Below the pieces are notes generated by a model. It saw only the letters and a list, made by a program, of their open reading frames with translations, was not told the origin of the DNA and did not search any database. This document shows, piece by piece, positions 11,818 to 25,032 of a stretch of DNA of 64,000 nucleotides. Each line of letters opens with the position of its first letter. Position 1 is the first letter of the stretch. Both the position numbers and the translations under genes were made by a program. Origin of the DNA: Laetmonice hystrix (Eukaryota); NCBI GenBank assembly GCA_965235115.1, contig OZ249436.1, positions 39,744,001 through 39,808,000 on the forward strand, in the 5' to 3' direction.

Positions 11818-14499
11818 TTAATTAGTGGGTATGTCGTGTCGAACAGATGGTTCGGCTGCTTCATGCCCTAAGAGCCCCTCGGCTCGGCCTCGAGCGGGTT
11901 GTTTCTATATACGATACCGTATAGAGTCTGAGAATCTCGGTCACATTAGACCGTTTTCAACTATAGGTAATGTTCTTCTTGGATCTACTATAATTGCATT
12001 ACGCCTCTTGGATCTGACGTGCACATATTTTCTGTTAATCGAATTCAAAGTAGGAAATGTAATCTCGCCAACCTGCATGGTTTGCTAATACGATTCTATG
12101 CTGTCGAATAACCACACCGATGTTTATTTCCGTTTGTCTTCCTGGATGCGGTAAATATTAATATCACCGAACGCAAATATTATAGCACGGGTCGTCATCC
12201 TCTTGCTGATATTGCAATCCCTCCTCAATTTAATAAATACAGGAAATATTTGTCTTAATTGTAATTTCGAAAAGTCGGAGGTGGAGTAGCCCCAGCATGC
12301 AGTCCAATTACACTTCATGTTATGTTAAATTGGTGCAAGTATTTTTTTTGTTTCCTGATACCCGCGTTGAGCATGACGTCGTTTGCCATCAAGGACAACG
12401 AGAATTGACCTTCTAGCAGTCATTATGTTCATTAACACAAATGTTTTCTGAAAATGTAATCAGCAATTCACCATATGAGGTTGGGGTATTCCTGGACTCG
12501 GGGTTTCTCTCTTATAATGTGCCGATAACATACATGTGATGTCCCGGATACCACCTGCCCACAACAACTGTTATTGAAGGTCACCCACTGGCCCCACTGA
12601 GGAATAAGATTCTCTGCTGAGCCGATTTGTATAGGCTTGCTGTTTCCATCATAATGAAGCCCAGTATCATCGACGGCTTGGTGGTCGAGATATGGGTTAA
12701 CTTGATAGCGATGTATCCATAATAAGATACATACACGGTACCGCTTTCTGTACATCTCGGGTGGTATCTATAAATATCTGGGCAACGCCTATTCCAGTTA
12801 CAGCGTTTTCCAAGTATAATGTAGCAATAACTACCAGAATGAGGGTCTCCAGAGTATCCCTTTTCGTCAGTAGAGACCATTTGAGCATACATAGCGAAAC
12901 CAGCTATTGTATCGTATAAGTCTCTTAATAATTCTATTACGGGTTATCATATCGGTGGTGCACTGTCGTATGGGCACAATTGTATGAACGCATTGCTCAT
13001 TGCATTGCAACAGTCAATCCAATAAATATCTTCTTTTTTAATTATCTTGGTCTTCTTTTCTTTCGGCCGCATCAGTAGAAACCGTCCTCTTTGATCGTTA
13101 GACTTAGAGCAATTTTGTGGTGGTTGTAAAAATGAATGCCATTGACACGACCTGATAGTGTTGTAGGTTGGTAATCCGTATGACTAAATTCGTGATGATA
13201 ACTGAGTCCACAAACAGACAAATACCATCAAATGTCAATGTAATTAAAACAGGTCAGTTCATATTTCAGTCATACCTTGAATACGTTAATCTAGCCTGGG
13301 GTAACAGTGGGGACAAGCAGGAGTGAAACAAGGATTTTGGAAGGAGGGGGGAGGGGGGTCCATAGCTGAATTGGATGAACTTTTCCCCCATGTTCGCCCC
13401 TGAGAGGTAAGGCTTTATCCCCCATTGAAGGCTGACTCAAGTAAATAAGATACAGCTGTACATCACAGACACTGTGTGATACGTTCATGTTTCAACCAGT
13501 GCTATCGATAAAGTTGTGAGAGTCTGATCAGCGACAAAGTGTTAGGTTTGCCACGAGTCGTTTGTACACGACAGTGCTGTGCGTCCTGCCTATTTCCTGT
13601 CAGTCCGTACTCCTCGATTGTACTCTCTAAGTTTCATTTCCCTGTCCTTTATCGTCCTTGTCCTTGTCCTTTATCCTTGTCCTATATCGGCGATACACTT
13701 CTCTTGGTCAGGTAGTGTTTGGGCGGCCCTCATGGTCACCGCTTCCCGACCCACATCTGCCTATACGCCTCTCGCCCCTCCTCAATCCCCTCTCTGCACC
13801 GCACGTAGCTCATGACGTCATAACAGCGCGTTTCGTGTTGTTCCAGAGTGCCACTGATGGAGTAATGAAGTTTCCTGATTGCGTCATATCTTTTCTTTAT
13901 ACGTGGGTGTCGTTCGAATGCACGTGCTAAATAACAGCTCGCAAATCTGATATTGTCGCTATAGATCCGAAGGAACCTCGTTATCAGTGCTTTCCAGTGA
14001 TTTTAAGCGTTTGGTTGTTTTACGCCCTCCCGACTTCTCCAGATCATCCCCAGGGTCAACCGTACAGAATTTAACTTATTCAGGCTCTGATATTAATGAC
14101 ATTGATACAAATAATATGAGCAGGAAACCTACATATCGGGACAAGATGTCCTGTAATTTTATCAGCAGTTGCAATGAGTTCCTCTAACGTGCCGAACTGC
14201 CGTATGAAGGTGGCAGTGACGGGCTTGGGCCGACTGCCGACGTGTCTGAACAGTCGGTTTCATACAGAATGACGCACGTACAACAACGCTTACAGTTTCC
14301 TTTGACCGGCGAGTGGCGTAATTAGTTTTAATAAGTTGGCGCACGCCGTCACCTGTTGCGGTCTGAGGAGCTACTCTATAGGATAGAGATTTGAAAGATG
14401 CTATGTATCAAAGAATGTCAATTACGATATCCACCCGTCGGTTGACTGCAAGCCCGGCGGGAGATGATATCGGCTTGACGCGAAGGCGCATTAACTTAA

Positions 14500-15025
14500 A
14501 GGAATCATGGCACCCTGGTTGAGTGTTCCGGGAAGCCAGTTCGGCCTGGTTTCACGCTTACCTCGTCAAAATCTATGCACCTTCTGTCCCGAGGATACTT
14601 CCTAGGTTTAATATACATTATGTATTGTAAACAGACAGCAGCGAAATGCACTGTCACCTTCACATTTCACATTTCCTGTCGAGAACACTCAAAAACAACG
14701 CTGCCTTCCGCCATCGGGAATGTCTGACCTGCAGGCATAACGTTGCAACGGGTAAGATGATCACGTGATTGCGGCTATAGTCTCGCGTTCTGTGAAAAGG
14801 GTGTAAAGTCGCCCGGCTAAAACTCTATCGCGTAGGTGGGCTGCAGGTCTTGAAAAAGACGCGCATCATTCCAAATTTGCTGGTTTTTAAATATTAAAAA
14901 AAATATATATTCACGAAATCCAATCAGGCAAGTAGGCAGTGCTATGGAACATAATTACCAGACTATGTACAAGCAGTATTTTCGCCAATTTGTAAAATCT
15001 ATATGAAATAGGTGACATGATTTTT
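14500..15025. mobile_element. Probable Kolobok-like non-autonomous element
   Basis: TTAA|AGGAATCATGGCACC ... GGTGACATGATT followed by an eroded T-run end. CpG-rich core with TCACGTGA. Confidence 0.55.
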
Positions 15026-15222
15026 TTACGGTAGGCAACCATAGAATTCGAGAATATTTGGAACATACTCATTTTGATAATTTGCCGGTAATATCCATAT
15101 TGGCCAGTAACATATTAATTTTATAATTTCATATTTCAGTGCGTTGGTCTTCAATATTAATTACTGCACCACTATACTGGCACTCGGATACAATAGCGAC
15201 GACCTTGGGGTTGCTCCATAAA

Positions 15223-16247
15223 GGCCTGTTTACCATTTCTGCATGCGCCTGACGCCTGAGTCGGTAGCAAGAGACAAAATTGCACCGTGTAAACTAAACT
15301 TGCGAGAGATCTTTATGGCTCTTGAGACGACTCACAAAAATAGAACATGTTCTAAATGTGTGCGACACCGAGCCATTTCCGGTTAACTTTGCTTTCGGGA
15401 ACTAGACTCGGACCGTGGAAGTGTAGAAATTCTACGGTCATTTACCGGGAATCCGCCGGATATGTGGTGTGGTCTGTGATCCGGCCAATTGAAAATTTAG
15501 TGCAGTCGATTGACCAACTGTTTTAGGTGTTGTGTGCATATAAACAAGTTTTCACCGACATGTTGACAATGTTGATAATGAGCAAACAAGTAACAGGTTC
15601 ACATAATTTGATGTCACAATACGATTTGAGCAGTCCGACTTTTACCATGATGGCGGCGCCCACACGATGACAACATGTCATAGCCATAGCCATGACATAG
15701 GCCTAGTGCACACGTGTGCGATAGATTACGAATTCAATGGAAACTCCCTTGGAAGAATTTCTATAAGTGCGGTACAATATGCTAGCGACATCCTTCGTTT
15801 TCCCTTTAGCCTTCGACTCGCAGACAGCATGTAACAGTGGTAGGGGCAGTGTGGCTTCTCCCCGAACACATGTCTGTGTGTACATCACCTGCCATTTTGA
15901 AAATAATTTTGTGACGTCAGCCAAGCAAGATGGCGTTCTTACTATCCGAGTCTATTTCACGAAATGGATTCGGTCGTTCCGATTGCTGTACACCCCGCCC
16001 AACTATATGGACACCCAACATGCTCGTCTTCGTCGTTTGTGTCCAGCATCCTGCTTCTTAAGAATTACTGCCAGTAGGAGGGGCAGTGTGGCCATTTTCC
16101 TGACTCGCCTTTGACGTGTCCGTGCCACGATGCCTGCCGATCTGGTGGCACGCCTCGAGTAAACCGATTGACTCATTGAGTCGTGAAAGCTCATGCGACA
16201 GACGCATGTGTGCGACTCTGCGACAAGTTGCATCGTGTAAACAGGCC
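15223..16247. mobile_element. Harbinger-like MITE carrying a nested MULE-like copy
   Basis: GGCCTGTTTAC ... GTAAACAGGCC 11-bp perfect TIR. Internal repeat of ttgcaYcgtgtaaac; TSD imperfect. Confidence 0.55.
15367..15985 (+). mobile_element. MULE-like element copy, left terminus truncated
   Basis: Colinear and highly similar to 55611-56217 from accgagccatttccgg to gttccgattg. Confidence 0.9.
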
Positions 16248-16415
16248 GTACACAAAGACAACTGTGAGATTCCACAAGTGGATTTCATTCTGAGCTGCCC
16301 TTTTTGACTCGGTAAGTTATCAGTACTGATCAGTTTTTGAAAGCGGGTCGTTATTGACTGATAGTAACGTTGACCAACATACAAACTTGATGGGATAATG
16401 GGTCAGTCTCAAAAC

Positions 16416-16905
16416 TACCATGGTCTGGTGGTGACATACACACACACATAAATATATGTGTGGGTGTAGGGCAATAAACAGCTCAGTTCACACCCACACA
16501 CAAATTTGTGTGTGTGCGTGTATTAAATACAAAAACTTTTTGTATTTAATACAAAAACTTTTTGTATTAAATACATAAACTTTTTGTATTAAATACATAA
16601 ACTTTCTGTATTTAATACAAAAACTTTTTGTATTTAATACAGAAAGTTTTGGTATATATACAAACACTTTTTGTATTTAATACAAAAACTTTTTGTATTT
16701 AATACAAAAACTTTTTGTATTTAATACAGAAAGTTTCTGTATTTAATACGAAAAGTTTTTGTATTTAATACAAAAAGTTTTTGTATTAAATACAGAAAGT
16801 TTTTGTATTTAATACAGAAAGTTTTTGTATTTAATACAGAAAGTTTCTGTATTTAATACAGAAAGTTTTCGTATATATACCGAAACTTACTCATGCATAT
16901 CTAAT
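16416..16905 (+). repeat. Left long TIR with array of 22-bp palindromes
   Basis: Unit AATACAAAAA-C-TTTTTGTATT-W repeated ~16520-16890. Confidence 0.95.
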
Positions 16906-18168
16906 TGTTGTATCGCACAAAGAATCTAACATCTCATTAACTGTCCATTTGCTTATCATATATCAATTACCGTTGCGGTTCATGTGACCCCTTTCATTGG
17001 GAACCTTGCAACTACACCGCCCTCCTGTGCCTGGTGTCCTCGTTGACACGCGCTTTTATGACCCTCTTTAATGTCCGGCCTCGTCTCAGTGCCGGAGGCA
17101 CTGAGTCAAAGTGTAGTGTAACAGTAAACCAGTCTGCGATCATCTGTCATTACCCGACCTAGAACTTAGTAGAAACAACGAGTATGAGAGGTGAAAATCG
17201 TGGGGCCCTTATGGGGGTCCGTGGTCCGATGTTGTTTTGTATTGGTCACGCGCAGCATGTGGTCATTTGTTGGACAGAGATGACCAGCATCTGGTCTTAC
17301 TCGGGTTACAGGGAGGTGACGGAGCGGTGGCCACTGGGGTTAGAAACAAGGCAGGTTACTGTCACTACACACCAAGCAGGCAGCACTCTCCATCCTCTTT
17401 TAAACACTGTTTCTAGAATTGGACACTGAAACAGCACGTACAACTTACTAAAGACATGTGTTTTTTATGTGATGTTAATGTTAGAAAGGTGTCCTACATT
17501 TAAAACATTTCCTATTTTGAAGTTCTAACAGACAAGTCAGGTAAATTTCTCTGTATTCACCTCTTTCAACCGGTCACTATGCAGCCACATGGAGACTGAC
17601 CTTGACATTCTGCACACCATCTGAAAGCTTATCTAGAGGGGAATCTCCCTATTTGCATTAAATCAGTAAAACACTATTTTGCGTTATTGAAACTGGCAAC
17701 TAAAGATTTTCCATATTTGTGGTACTAAAATTATGTAGGCCAAACAGGGGTTGCCTGAAACTGACCCTTCCCAATGCTTCCCGCCAAAATACCATGGAAC
17801 ACCAAAGGCCTGCTGCCCAGCAGGCGCCCAGCAAGTGGTCCCGTCGGCCTTGTACAGCAAGTCTGTAATATGGAGCCGGTGGTCAGATTAATGAGTACTG
17901 ATAAGGGGCACTGGAAGTCTCTCATCTGCCGAGCTCAGGAGTTTCACCTCTCTTGGTAGAAGCTAGACAGCTATAGACGGGGGTGCGTAAATGATGTGGG
18001 AAGTTACCTGAAGATGAAGGGGAATGACGTAATTCACGTGATTGATGTGGGCGAGTGATGGGAAATGATGTGGGGAGTGACCAGTGATGTGGGGTAGTGA
18101 CAGTTGTAGTTGAATTGCATAGTTTTCCTGCTTGATACAAGTGTAGCCATCGCCGTCGCTCGTTGCAA

Positions 18169-19535
18169 TGACGTGAGTGATGTGGGCAAGTGATCAGTGA
18201 TGTGGGGTAGTGACGTGAGTGATGTGGGCTAGTGATCAGTGATGTGGGGGAGTGACGTGAGTGATGTGGGCGAGTGACGTGAGTGATGTGGGCTAGTGAT
18301 CAGTGATGTGGGGTAGTGACGTGAGTGATGTGGGCGAGTGACGTGAGTGATGTGGGGGAGTGACGTGAGTGATGTGGGCTAGTGATCAGTGATGTGGGCG
18401 AGTGACGTGAGTGATGTGGGCGAGTGACGTGAGTGATGTGGGGTAGTGACGTGAGTGATGTGGGCGAGTGACAAGAGTGATCTGGGGGAGTGACGTGAGT
18501 GATGTGGGCGAGTGACGTGAGTGATGTGGGTGAGTGACAAGAGTGATGTGGGGGAGTGACGTGAGTGATGTGGGCGAGTGACGTGAGTGATGTGGGCGAG
18601 TGACGTGAGTGATGTGGGTGAGTGACAAGAGTGATGTGGGGGAGTGACGTGAGTGATGTGGGCAAGTGATCAGTGATGTGGGGTAGTGACGTGAGTGATG
18701 TGGGGGAGTGACGTGAGTGATGTGGGGGAGTGACGTGAGTGATGTGGGGGAGTGACGTGAGTGATGTGGGCAAGTGATCAGTGATGTGGGGTAGTGACGT
18801 GAGTGATGTGGGCTAGTGATCAGTGATGTGGGGTAGTGACGTGAGTGATGTGGGCGAGTGACGTGAGTGATGTGGGGGAGTGACGTGAGTGATGTGGGCG
18901 AGTGACGTGAGTGATGTGGGGTAGTGACGTGAGTGATGTGGGCGAGTGACGTGAGTGATGTGGGGTAGTGACGTGAGTGATGTGGGGGAGTGACGTGAGT
19001 GATGTGGGGGAGTGACGTGAGTGATGTGGGCGAGTGACAAGAGTGATGTGGGTGAGTGACGTGAGTGATGTGGGCGAGTGACAAGAGTGATCTGGGGGAG
19101 TGACGTGAGTGATGTGGGCGAGTGACAAGAGTGATGTGGGTGAGTGACGTGAGTGATGTGGGCGAGTGACAAGAGTGATCTGGGGGAGTGACGTGAGTGA
19201 TGTGGGCGAGTGACAAGAGTGATGTGGGTGAGTGACGTGAGTGATGTGGGTGAGTGATAAGTGATGTGGACGAGTGACGTGAGTGATGTGGGCGAGTGAC
19301 GTGAGTGATGTGGGTGAGTGATAAGTCAGGTGGGCGAGTGACGTGAGTGATGTGGGCGAGTGATAAGTGATGTGGGTGAGTGACGTGAGTGACGTGGGCG
19401 AGTGACAAGAGTGATGTGGGTGAGTGACGTGAGTGATGTGGGTGAGTGACAAGAGTGGTGTGGGGAGTGACGTGAGTGATGTGGGTGAGCGACGTGAGTG
19501 AGGTAGGCGAGTGACGTGAAATGATGTGGGGAGTG
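18169..19535. repeat. 22-bp GT-rich minisatellite (~60 units)
   Basis: Consensus GAGTGACGTGAGTGATGTGGGN with shorter GATC and GATAA variants and an ACAA variant. Degenerate copies extend to ~17990. Confidence 0.97.
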
Positions 19536-19545
19536 TGAAGTCAGG

Positions 19546-19670
19546 ACCCGAGAGAGGAGCCGGGAGGTGCCGAGTGAGGTGCCGGGTGTGGTGCCGGGAT
19601 AGGTACCGGGTAAGGTGCTGTGAGAGATACCGAGAGAGGTGCCGGGAGGTGTCGGGTGAGGTGCGGGTGT
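19546..19670 (+). repeat. 12-bp GC-rich minisatellite (GCCGGGAGAGGT-like)
   Basis: About 10 degenerate units; same consensus inverted at 23925-24031. Confidence 0.75.
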
Positions 19671-20069
19671 GATCTGCCGGCTCAGTGTGGGCCTCCTCTC
19701 CAGTCATTGTTCACGTTGGGAGGATCTACACGTGCCAAGACTTATATACAGAAACATATACATGACGTCATGACGTCATGACGTGAAACGTGTCCTGGAC
19801 ATTGGGGCCATTTTTAAAGTTCATATTGGGAATTTCCAAACCCCACCATGGCGTTTTAATCAGGCAAGGGTCTAGCCTAACATGGACCTTTCATTTGTCG
19901 TTTGACCTTGAACTTTGGGAGAACTGGGTCCTCGGTCACAAATCTCTTAAATCGCTACTTCTTCTTCATTTTTTGGTGAAATATTAGGCAGGACTCTAAC
20001 ATGAGCTTGTCACGAATAATCAAAAGTTTAGAACAATTGTCAATTTAGATACCTATGCCTAGAACTTCT

Positions 20070-21300
20070 AAACGGTGCCAGATAGGGCAATGGTTACTAT
20101 TAAACACAGATAGGAAGTGATATATGCTCTTTCATTATAGATTTTTTTTCCAGGTCACGTCACCATTTTTTAAAAATTAGAGGGGAAAAATGAAAAAAAA
20201 ATTAAAACGTGACTGGGCCTGGGATTGAAACGGGGACCCTTCCGATGGGAGTTAAGACACTCTTCACAACAGCCACGCCATCTGACATGCTAATACTGGA
20301 TTGAACTGGTACTGATTACCACAGGCAGTGAACCTATATTTTGTGAGGGCTATAACTTGCTATCACTTGGTATCATCATCCTTTAGGTCACGTGACCTGT
20401 GACGTGGTAAGGATATCATTGATATTTTCTCAGGGATATAACTTGTTAATGCTTGAATAGCATAGTTGCTATTGAACACGAATAGGAAGTCATGTATGCC
20501 CTTTCGTTTGGGACCATTATTTCTTAGGTCACGTGACCTATGGCGTCATAAGGATGTCATCGATATTTTCTCAGGGCAAGAACTTGTAAATGGTAGGAGT
20601 TAGACCCATAGTTACTACTGAACCAGAATAGGAAGTCATGCATTCTCTTTCGTTTGGCACTATTATTTCTTAGATCACGTGACCTGTGAAGTCATAAGGA
20701 TGTCATCGATATTTTCTTAGGGATATAACTTGTTAATGCTTGAAGATAGCCCCATAGTCACTATTGAACACGAATAGGAAGTCATGTATGCTCTTTCGTT
20801 TGGCGCCATTATTTCTTAGGTCACGTGGCCTATGGCATCATAACGATGTCATCGATGTTTTCTTAGGGCTATAACTTGTAAATGGTAGTAGTTAGACCCA
20901 TAGTTAGGTACTAATGAACACGAATAGGAAGTCATGTATGCTCTTTCGTTTGGCGCCATTATTTCTTAGGCCACGTGGCCTATGGCATCATAACGATGTT
21001 AGACCCATAGTTGCTATTGAATATGAACAGAAAGTCCTCATTATGTTCTTTCAATTGACACCAAGATTTATTATGTTGTGTGATCTATTACATCCTTGTG
21101 ACGTAACTTAGCCCTCTTAAGGGTTGGTGGAAGCCTGGAACTAGTAAACGGTGCTAGATAGACCTATAGTTACTTTCGAACATGAATACATGCTCTTCGA
21201 TTGAGACCAAGATTTATAACGTAATAATGACGTAACGTCCATCTTCTAAGGCTCACAAGTCGTCACAGGTGCAAGATAGTACCATAGTTATCCCTATTCA
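20070..21300 (-). repeat. ~146-bp satellite array (HINE-internal family), opposite orientation to the arrays at 30.4 and 40.1 kb
   Basis: ataggaagtc recurs at 20482, 20628, 20774 and 20924. Unit contains gttactattgaacacgaataggaagtcatgtatgctctttcgtttggcacc and ggtcacgtgacc. Confidence 0.9.
20195..20285 (-). other. Degenerate tRNA-like / SINE head fragment
   Basis: Minus strand: tggcgtggctgttgtg (A-box-like) ... gtttcaatccc (B-box-like) followed by a T-run. No convincing cloverleaf. Confidence 0.35.
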
Positions 21301-21309
21301 GAACATGTT

Positions 21310-21900
21310 AGATGGGACACCCCGGGGATGGGATCCATTGTGGTACTCCACAACGTATCTGGTTTGCTCCTGTTATCGAGTACTTCCACGTGTGAAACTA
21401 TTTGGGAGAACCCCAAATATACCTACACCCAATTGCTTTTGTTTGGAGCATAATGATTGAATCAATATTAAATTACTGTTTTGGGGCCAAAATAAAGATG
21501 TACTCCCTTTCAACCTTAATCCTTGTTAAGAGCCCTCATTTTAAACACAGCCCCTCGACCTTTCGAGCCCTCAGACACCCCTTATAAATTCTTGTGGAAG
21601 GATTAGCCTACATTAATTGCCTGTTATCGCAGTTAGAACACTATTGGAACTCACTGCCAAAAATAGTTAAATTGTAAGCCTAAGCTCCTGATAGTTATAT
21701 TTCAACAAGGCTATAGATAATAACGTTAATAAAGTTAAATCATTGTAAATATTCCAAAGTCAGTGTATATTTATTACTAATATGATTCATCGGTTCAGTT
21801 AGCAACTTCTTATATATGCGAATAAAGTCAGTACAACTTAAAACTGCAAAGCTTTGCAAATGTCTAAACGATAAATACAGCTGATTGTTCCAAGTCTGCC
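21310..21900 (-). pseudogene. Heavily decayed LINE RT remnant
   Basis: Minus strand gives LDICKAL (cf. LDxSKAFD) near 21850-21870 and IRCGVPQ-(1-nt shift)-GS near 21330-21360, in the expected order. Many stops between. Confidence 0.3.
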
Positions 21901-23690
21901 CAGAACAACTAATGTAGTCATTCGCATAGATAAGATGGAATTATTTTGAGCTCTCTGAGCCTCTTTTGATAATAAATTTCAGCTCAGCTATTTGAAAACG
22001 GCCGCGGTTGTCTAGTAAACACCCCCACTTGTAACCTGAACTGGACGACAAATGTATGGTTTGGAGAGGTCTGGGGAGCGCTGTGTAACGGTTTTAGCGG
22101 GAACGATCGTTTCACACGCACCAAACGGACTGGTCAGCGGTGGGCTTGATGCAACCCGATATGTGCACTGCATCCAACAATCCCACTGGCTCCAGTTTAG
22201 GGCAGCAGGGCTGTAATGTAAGAACGTAAAGTTGTCGTCGGAAGAGGTTCAATATTCTGAGCAGTGGTTTCTCAGCCAAGATGCCCTATACATTCGACCG
22301 CTTACGGATTGAGCACCCTCAATCAGGGGGGAGCGCCCCCCCCCCCCAGCACCTCGTCTAGATGCACCTGCATGAGAACCGACATCTTCCTTTAGCAAGA
22401 CTTTTAGCCCAAACGTGGACCCAGAGGCATCGAGAGCCAGGGCGGCCCCCCGGTTAGCACAAATCATAGCCCCCTCCTACCAACCTACCCCTCCACCGCG
22501 TGTGTCTTTGTGTGTGTGAAGTACAGTGACAATGATATCAATATTTTTTTTAGGTGGGCCCCCTTATCAAAATCCTGGATCCTCCCTTGACTTCCTATCT
22601 AAAGAAAAGCCAGCTTGACCCGGGCCCCGCGGCACTAGCCCCTGCCCCCCTCTACGCCACTGCGTGGACCTCAAGAGCGTTGACCGTCTCAAGATAAAGA
22701 TTGACATTATTGTTCAAGACGCCGTTGAGGACGATGATTTTAAATTTCTTAAAATTTTCGAGATTATCACAGAGACCTGCTTGAAAGTTGTAGCTTGTTG
22801 TGTTTCATAAAGTTTTGTGGCCAAGACGTTTAGTTATTTTCAGCTATTGTCAGGAATTTCCATGTGACCTGTTTAGTGTTTATGAGAACTGATACCTGAA
22901 CAGGTGAGGTTTTGAGATTTTACAAAATTTTGAATGATTGTTACATGTGTATAGCAGTAGGCCTATATCACATGCACACTGTCAAAAGGTTCCAACCTAT
23001 AGGCCTCTCAGTGGAAATAAAAACTGATTTCCGAACACCTTTAATCTGATGGCAATCTGCTCGTCGAAATCGGGCAATCGGGTAGATTTTTGGTATAATC
23101 GGCTGTTGACCTATACTGGACAGATTTCTACTCCCGATCGCAGAGAAGACCACCCGCTCCCCACCAGATCCGTAAATCTGACGGTCGGTCGGCTATTTTA
23201 GTGTGGCCCCACCCTAAGAACACTACGAGGGTACACCCTGGTTTGTCCCGAGGGTCGGCCGTGTGGAAGAAAGTTCCGCGCTGAGCGATTGATAGATTTT
23301 CTCCCCGCACGGCATGCACTTGCCGCTTTCCATTAATGATTGGGGAAAGTGATGTGAACCTCTGGTAACACTGCACATAGTGGTAATAACACTGTTTTTA
23401 AAGCTCTTATGAGCTTATTATGTATAATGATTCTGATTGCTACAAATCTATCGCCTTTGTCATTTTGTTTTATACTTGATGCAAAAGTTAAGGTTTTGAG
23501 AGCTGGATGTTTTGAAGCTGTGAAATAAATGTTAAAATTTTTTTTTAGGAGAATGCATGGTTTGCACTTTAGATTTCAAAATGTTATAGGGGAGCATGCC
23601 CCCGGAGCCCCTCAGCAGTGCCCATGTACCTTCGGCACATCCTGATACACAGGCCAGAAAAAGATCTACGGTATTTTCCCTGATACATGT

Positions 23691-23850
23691 CAGTAGCGTA
23701 CCCAGGGGGGGAAGTGAACACCCAAGCACCCCCCTCAATTTGCCAATTTTTTTTGCTTTGTTTTTTGGTGCGCTTGTTACCAATTTGCAGCGCCTACGAC
23801 ATTGGTTATTTCCAGCACCCCCCTGGGTCCAGTTTCTGGGTACGCCACTG
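23691..23850. mobile_element. Short CAG..CTG element with 5-bp TSD (hAT-like MITE)
   Basis: CATGT|CAGTAGCGTACCCAG ... CTGGGTACGCCACTG|CATGT. Confidence 0.85.
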
Positions 23851-23924
23851 CATGTTGACAGCTATGTGAACATGAGATAATTGATGATCAGGCCATGGAA
23901 ACCTCTGACCGCGAGCATTCTTCG

Positions 23925-24031
23925 GGCACCGCGCGGCTCCTCTCCCGGCACCTCTCCCGGCACGTCCCGGCTGCTCTCGAGACACCTCTCCCGGCTCTTC
24001 TCCCGACACCTCTCCCGAAACTTCTCTCGGC
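23925..24031 (-). repeat. 12-bp GC-rich minisatellite (ACCTCTCCCGGC)n
   Basis: About 8 degenerate units, reverse complement of the 19546-19670 consensus. Confidence 0.75.
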
Positions 24032-24638
24032 AACTTAGTTTTAAGGGGGGGGGGAAGTAAACTAGTAAACGAAACCCCTGATTGTTTCCTCAATTTACCA
24101 GCAGTATGGTGTAGTTCGACAAGGTTTGGTGACATAACAAGATGATATAATGAAAAAGGGCGGGGTCTTCGATTTTGGGTCTCTATAGGTCTTCGTTGTA
24201 TAGGTACCATATCAGCACCCTATATAGCCCTAATAATATTTTCTCCGGCAAACAGTCTGTTCTTTGCAGAAAAAGAAAGTTCAGTTGATCTATAGTTGCA
24301 AAAGTACAGCAAACCAAATAGATGTGTGAATCATCACGCAGGTTACAAACTGACGAAGAAAACATTCAAGAAAACATAGTCCATACATTAGACTGATCTT
24401 CGTACGTACGTATGCCAAGGGAAAGGGGAATTTAAGACGTAGGCTACAAATTGCATGAAAATATACCATATTTAGTTATAGTCAATGACTACTAATGACT
24501 GAATATATAATTTTCTGGTGGGAACTAACCGGCTGATTCATTTCGGAAATGGCAATTCTAGGTCAGACAGAGGCTGTCACTGCAACCTGACCCACCACGA
24601 TCGGACCGTCACGGTAAATTTGGTGCCAGAACTTATAA

Positions 24639-25032
24639 GGCCAAAAAAATAAAATTCCCGGTTTCTGGTCCGAAGAACATTTCAAAAGTGGTGCGGTGAC
24701 GCGTTTTTTTTTGTTTTTTTTTTGTTAAAGATTTTTTTGGGGGTGAGAGCTGGCTACAATGGTAAGCCTCATACGATATCATGTAAAATGAACTCATAAA
24801 CAAGGGCCATGACCTTTGTTGTCATCGCTTTGCATACAACACACTTCCGTTGCAATGTTAATGAAATATCCATTACAAAAATGGTTAGTTTCAAGCCTTA
24901 CCACTAGGTGGAAGCGCAATTCACAGTCATCCAAGGTGAGGGGAAGAAAAAAAAAACACTGATGCGCGGCATTTGAAGTGACGCGCGCGCGGACCAGAAA
25001 CCGGGATTTTTTTTTTTGGGGGGGGGGGGCCC
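24639..25032. mobile_element. GG..CC MITE with TAA TSD (Zator/Harbinger-like)
   Basis: TAA|GGCCAAAAAAATAAAATTCCCGGTTTCTGGTCCG ... CGGACCAGAAACCGGGATTTTTTTTTTGG(G)nCCC|TAA. Confidence 0.8.

Noticed and set aside
12124..12950. Cluster of short overlapping minus-strand ORFs suggesting an endogenous viral or decayed gene
   Set aside because: No motif recognised in any frame; cannot be supported without a translated search.
17085..17105. Hairpin CTCAGTGCC-GGA-GGCACTGAG as a HINE 5' end or terminator
   Set aside because: No matching 3' subTIR found downstream, and bacterial terminators are irrelevant in this context.
18300..19707. Long His/Thr/Ser/Pro-rich ORFs (up to 340 aa) on the minus strand
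   Set aside because: They are translations of the 22-bp minisatellite, with the same peptide cycling through all frames.
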